Shown here: piece by piece, positions 32,848-35,065 of the stretch | How positions within the stretch are numbered: position 1 is the first letter of the stretch | How the letters are laid out: every line of letters starts with the position of its first letter | Assembly: GCA_963709405.1 (NCBI GenBank) | Contig: CAVPXM010000005.1 | Location: 1-35,065 of the forward strand | DNA from: an uncultured Nitrososphaerales archaeon | GTDB lineage: Archaea > Thermoproteota > Nitrososphaeria > Nitrososphaerales > Nitrososphaeraceae | Direction of reading: 5' to 3' | DNA length: 35,065 nt | The notes under the pieces: model-generated | The model's input: only the letters and a program-made list of their open reading frames with translations | Told to the model about the DNA's origin: nothing | Database searches by the model: none | Position numbers and translations under genes: made by a program

Positions 32848-34561
32848 TCAAATATCAGAAATTGGAATACTAAATGAAAATGTTGCTCCTTTGCCATCAG
32901 CATTGTTCTCAGCCCATATTTTTCCACCGTGTGTTTCTACAATGCCCTTAGAAATAAACAAGCCTAATCCGGATCCAGTCTCAGATTTAGTAACAAATAT
33001 CGAAAATAACTTATCCTTTATTGCAGGATCAATACCAGTGCCCCTATCCTTAATGCTGATGACAACTTCACCTCCTCTCTTACCATTGATATTATCTTTA
33101 TTATACTCTTGATTGGATTTTATAGAAGTAAAGATTGTTATGGCACTGAGGTTGTGGTCATCTACGCCACCGTTAACTCTACTATTCCTCTTTGTAAACT
33201 TGACAGCATTAATCAAGAGATTTGATATAACTTCATCAATTCTGACCCTATCTGCTTCTACAATTATAGGATCGACATTTGGCTCAGAAAAGATTATTTC
33301 AATATCATTTTCCTTTGATTTTATATCGTTTATAATATTTCTTATCTTTTCATTAATATTAGATCTCTCCTTGTCCAGCCTTAAAGTCCGACTTTCAATT
33401 TTTGAAACATCCAAAATTTTTTCTGACAAACTTCGTAGTCTTTTTGCATTTCTGATAATGATATCAAGGAACTCTTCGTCTTCTTCTTTATGTATAGTTG
33501 ATGCTGCAATACGGGAACGAATAACTTCAGTTAACCCCAGTATTGGCTGTATAGGTGTTCTCAATTCATGCGCTGCTATATTTATGAATTGATCTTTTAA
33601 TTGATCTTTATAATTGAGTTGTTCATTTAATTGCTTTAGTTCAGATGTTAATTGATTTTGTTTTGTAATGTAGTTTTTTATAGATTGCACCATAGAATTG
33701 AATGATTGACTTAGAAGTGAAAGTTCATCATTACCTTTGGGTTCTTGAATTAAAACCTCAAGGTTCCCCTTCTTTATCTCAGACATTGCGTGGGTAAGTG
33801 TACCTATTGGTTTGAGCATTTTTATTACAAAATAAAGAATTAGTAGAACCACACCAATGTTCATTATTGCAAGGACGATCTCTAACAGCATTAGATTCAA
33901 TGAATTCTTTGCTGTATCATTTCCTAGTTGTGTTACTAGTCTATCTGATGAATTGATTACGTTCAAAGCCAGTGATTCCAACTCGGTTTTTGTAGATTGG
34001 TATATCTTAGCTGCCTGTCGTAGAGGTAGTAGGAAAACCGGTGACATTCTTAGGTGTAGTTGTAGTAATGGTAGGAGTTTTTGATTGAAGTTGTTGTCTT
34101 TGTTGTTGAGCTGACTTAACAATTTCATCGGTAATAAAGATCCTGAATCGATTCCAATTATTATTAACTATTTTCCATGAATTCAAAAACTTTGATGGTA
34201 ACGGTTTTAATTCTACATTTGAAATGTTTCCGCCATCTCTTAAGGTCAACAAGTTTGTATCCAAATTATTTATAGCATCATTTAGTTTCACAGGGCTAGA
34301 TGTAGATGTAGAGGAGGGAACCTTGGCAGAAGGCGAAGAAAATGAAGAGATAATTCCATTTAAATATTCAGAAGTCTGAAACAAGACACTCATAGTTAGA
34401 AATCTGTTTTTCCCTGCAATATTAATTGAATTTCCTAATAGAGTTTGCTGCGATTGGAAATATGCAAGTGATATAAAACTGGAAACAATAAAGACAATGA
34501 TAATTACAGCTAAAATGCTTATTTTATAACTAACCTTGGCTGTCAGAGAACGAAACAACAA
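32848..34561 (-). CDS. Membrane sensor histidine kinase (NarX/PilJ-like sensor, HAMP, HisKA, HATPase), frameshift at ~34015
   Basis: TM1, SINIAGKNRFL, TM2, HAMP (DELSLLSQSFNSM), H-box AAHELRTP, NLLINAVKF, DRGTG, GSGLGL. Confidence 0.9.
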
Positions 34562-35065
34562 GCTAAAAAGCCTGGTTATTATTATACTCGAGAGTACAGT
34601 TAAAGTATATGTAAAGGAATTCTATCTCAATAATGTTGTTGCAGTTTATTATACTTCGTATCATCACTCAAAGGTACATAAAGGTAATATTTTTGCTTTT
34701 ATGTGTGATAGTTGTTATTATATGACAGTAAATCTCATACAAATATAATAAATATAAATTAATTAATTACTTACAGCAGATTCTATGTTATCTATACGGC
34801 ATCAATATCAAATGGTCTGTCTGAATTGACAAAACGATATATTATTCATGTCGACACTACTACTTTTGTCCACGAACTCTACATTCGCGTGACACACCTG
34901 TTAACATATCATGATAATTGCCGGAGACTTTCACGAAGTCAAAGTCATTTAATCTTTTAAGAATATCACATTAGTTACATAATGAGTCCCATTGTCGTAT
35001 ATTGCAAGAACGAATCCAGATCTTTTCCATATGTGATCTTTACATTATTCATAATCCGTTTCGTA

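Noticed and set aside
353-33592. Antisense or overlapping ORFs in the track (e.g. 353-676, 2129-2386, 5810-6076, 11631-11936, 17850-18155, 19812-20171, 23640-24038, 33113-33592)
   Set aside because: Shadows of well-supported genes on the opposite strand, with no motifs.
9605-34561. Mass pseudogenisation or programmed ribosomal frameshifting of core genes
   Set aside because: Each gene has exactly one single-base lesion, with no other decay and no slippery heptamer. The shared motif context fits systematic sequencing error better.
34860-35040. Minus-strand fragment reading AIYDNGTHYVTN...DILKRLNDFDFVKVSGNY
   Set aside because: Possibly a decayed gene, but frame-broken and at the window edge, so it cannot be assigned.
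1-35065. CRISPR array, tRNA or rRNA genes
   Set aside because: No regularly spaced repeats, cloverleaf with T-loop or GC-rich rRNA-like tract was seen by eye.

Overview
AT-rich archaeal chromosomal segment. The gene set points to a soil ammonia-oxidising archaeon (Nitrososphaeraceae, Thaumarchaeota): hflX, alkA, SDR, LLM oxidoreductase, PPOX-family protein, Glu/Leu/Phe/Val dehydrogenase, moaCB, dodecin, hisI, thrC plus a MoaD-ThiF fusion, yjbQ, dinB, a beta-helix protein and a HAMP histidine kinase. Accessory DNA is interspersed: an IS110 relic, a tyrosine-integrase module with a DUF2080-like gene and a candidate operator, a second DUF2080-like mini-operon, a bacterial-like phnB/DHFR cassette, several gene remnants and a degenerate ~125-bp direct repeat. 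I saw no rRNA, tRNA or CRISPR array. The most striking pattern is that eight otherwise intact genes are each split by a single extra base at or beside a GCWGC/GCNGC motif. This is best explained as sequencing error at a modified DNA motif, which would indirectly fingerprint a host methylation/modification system, rather than as true pseudogenisation. All family calls come from motif recognition by eye; no searches were run.
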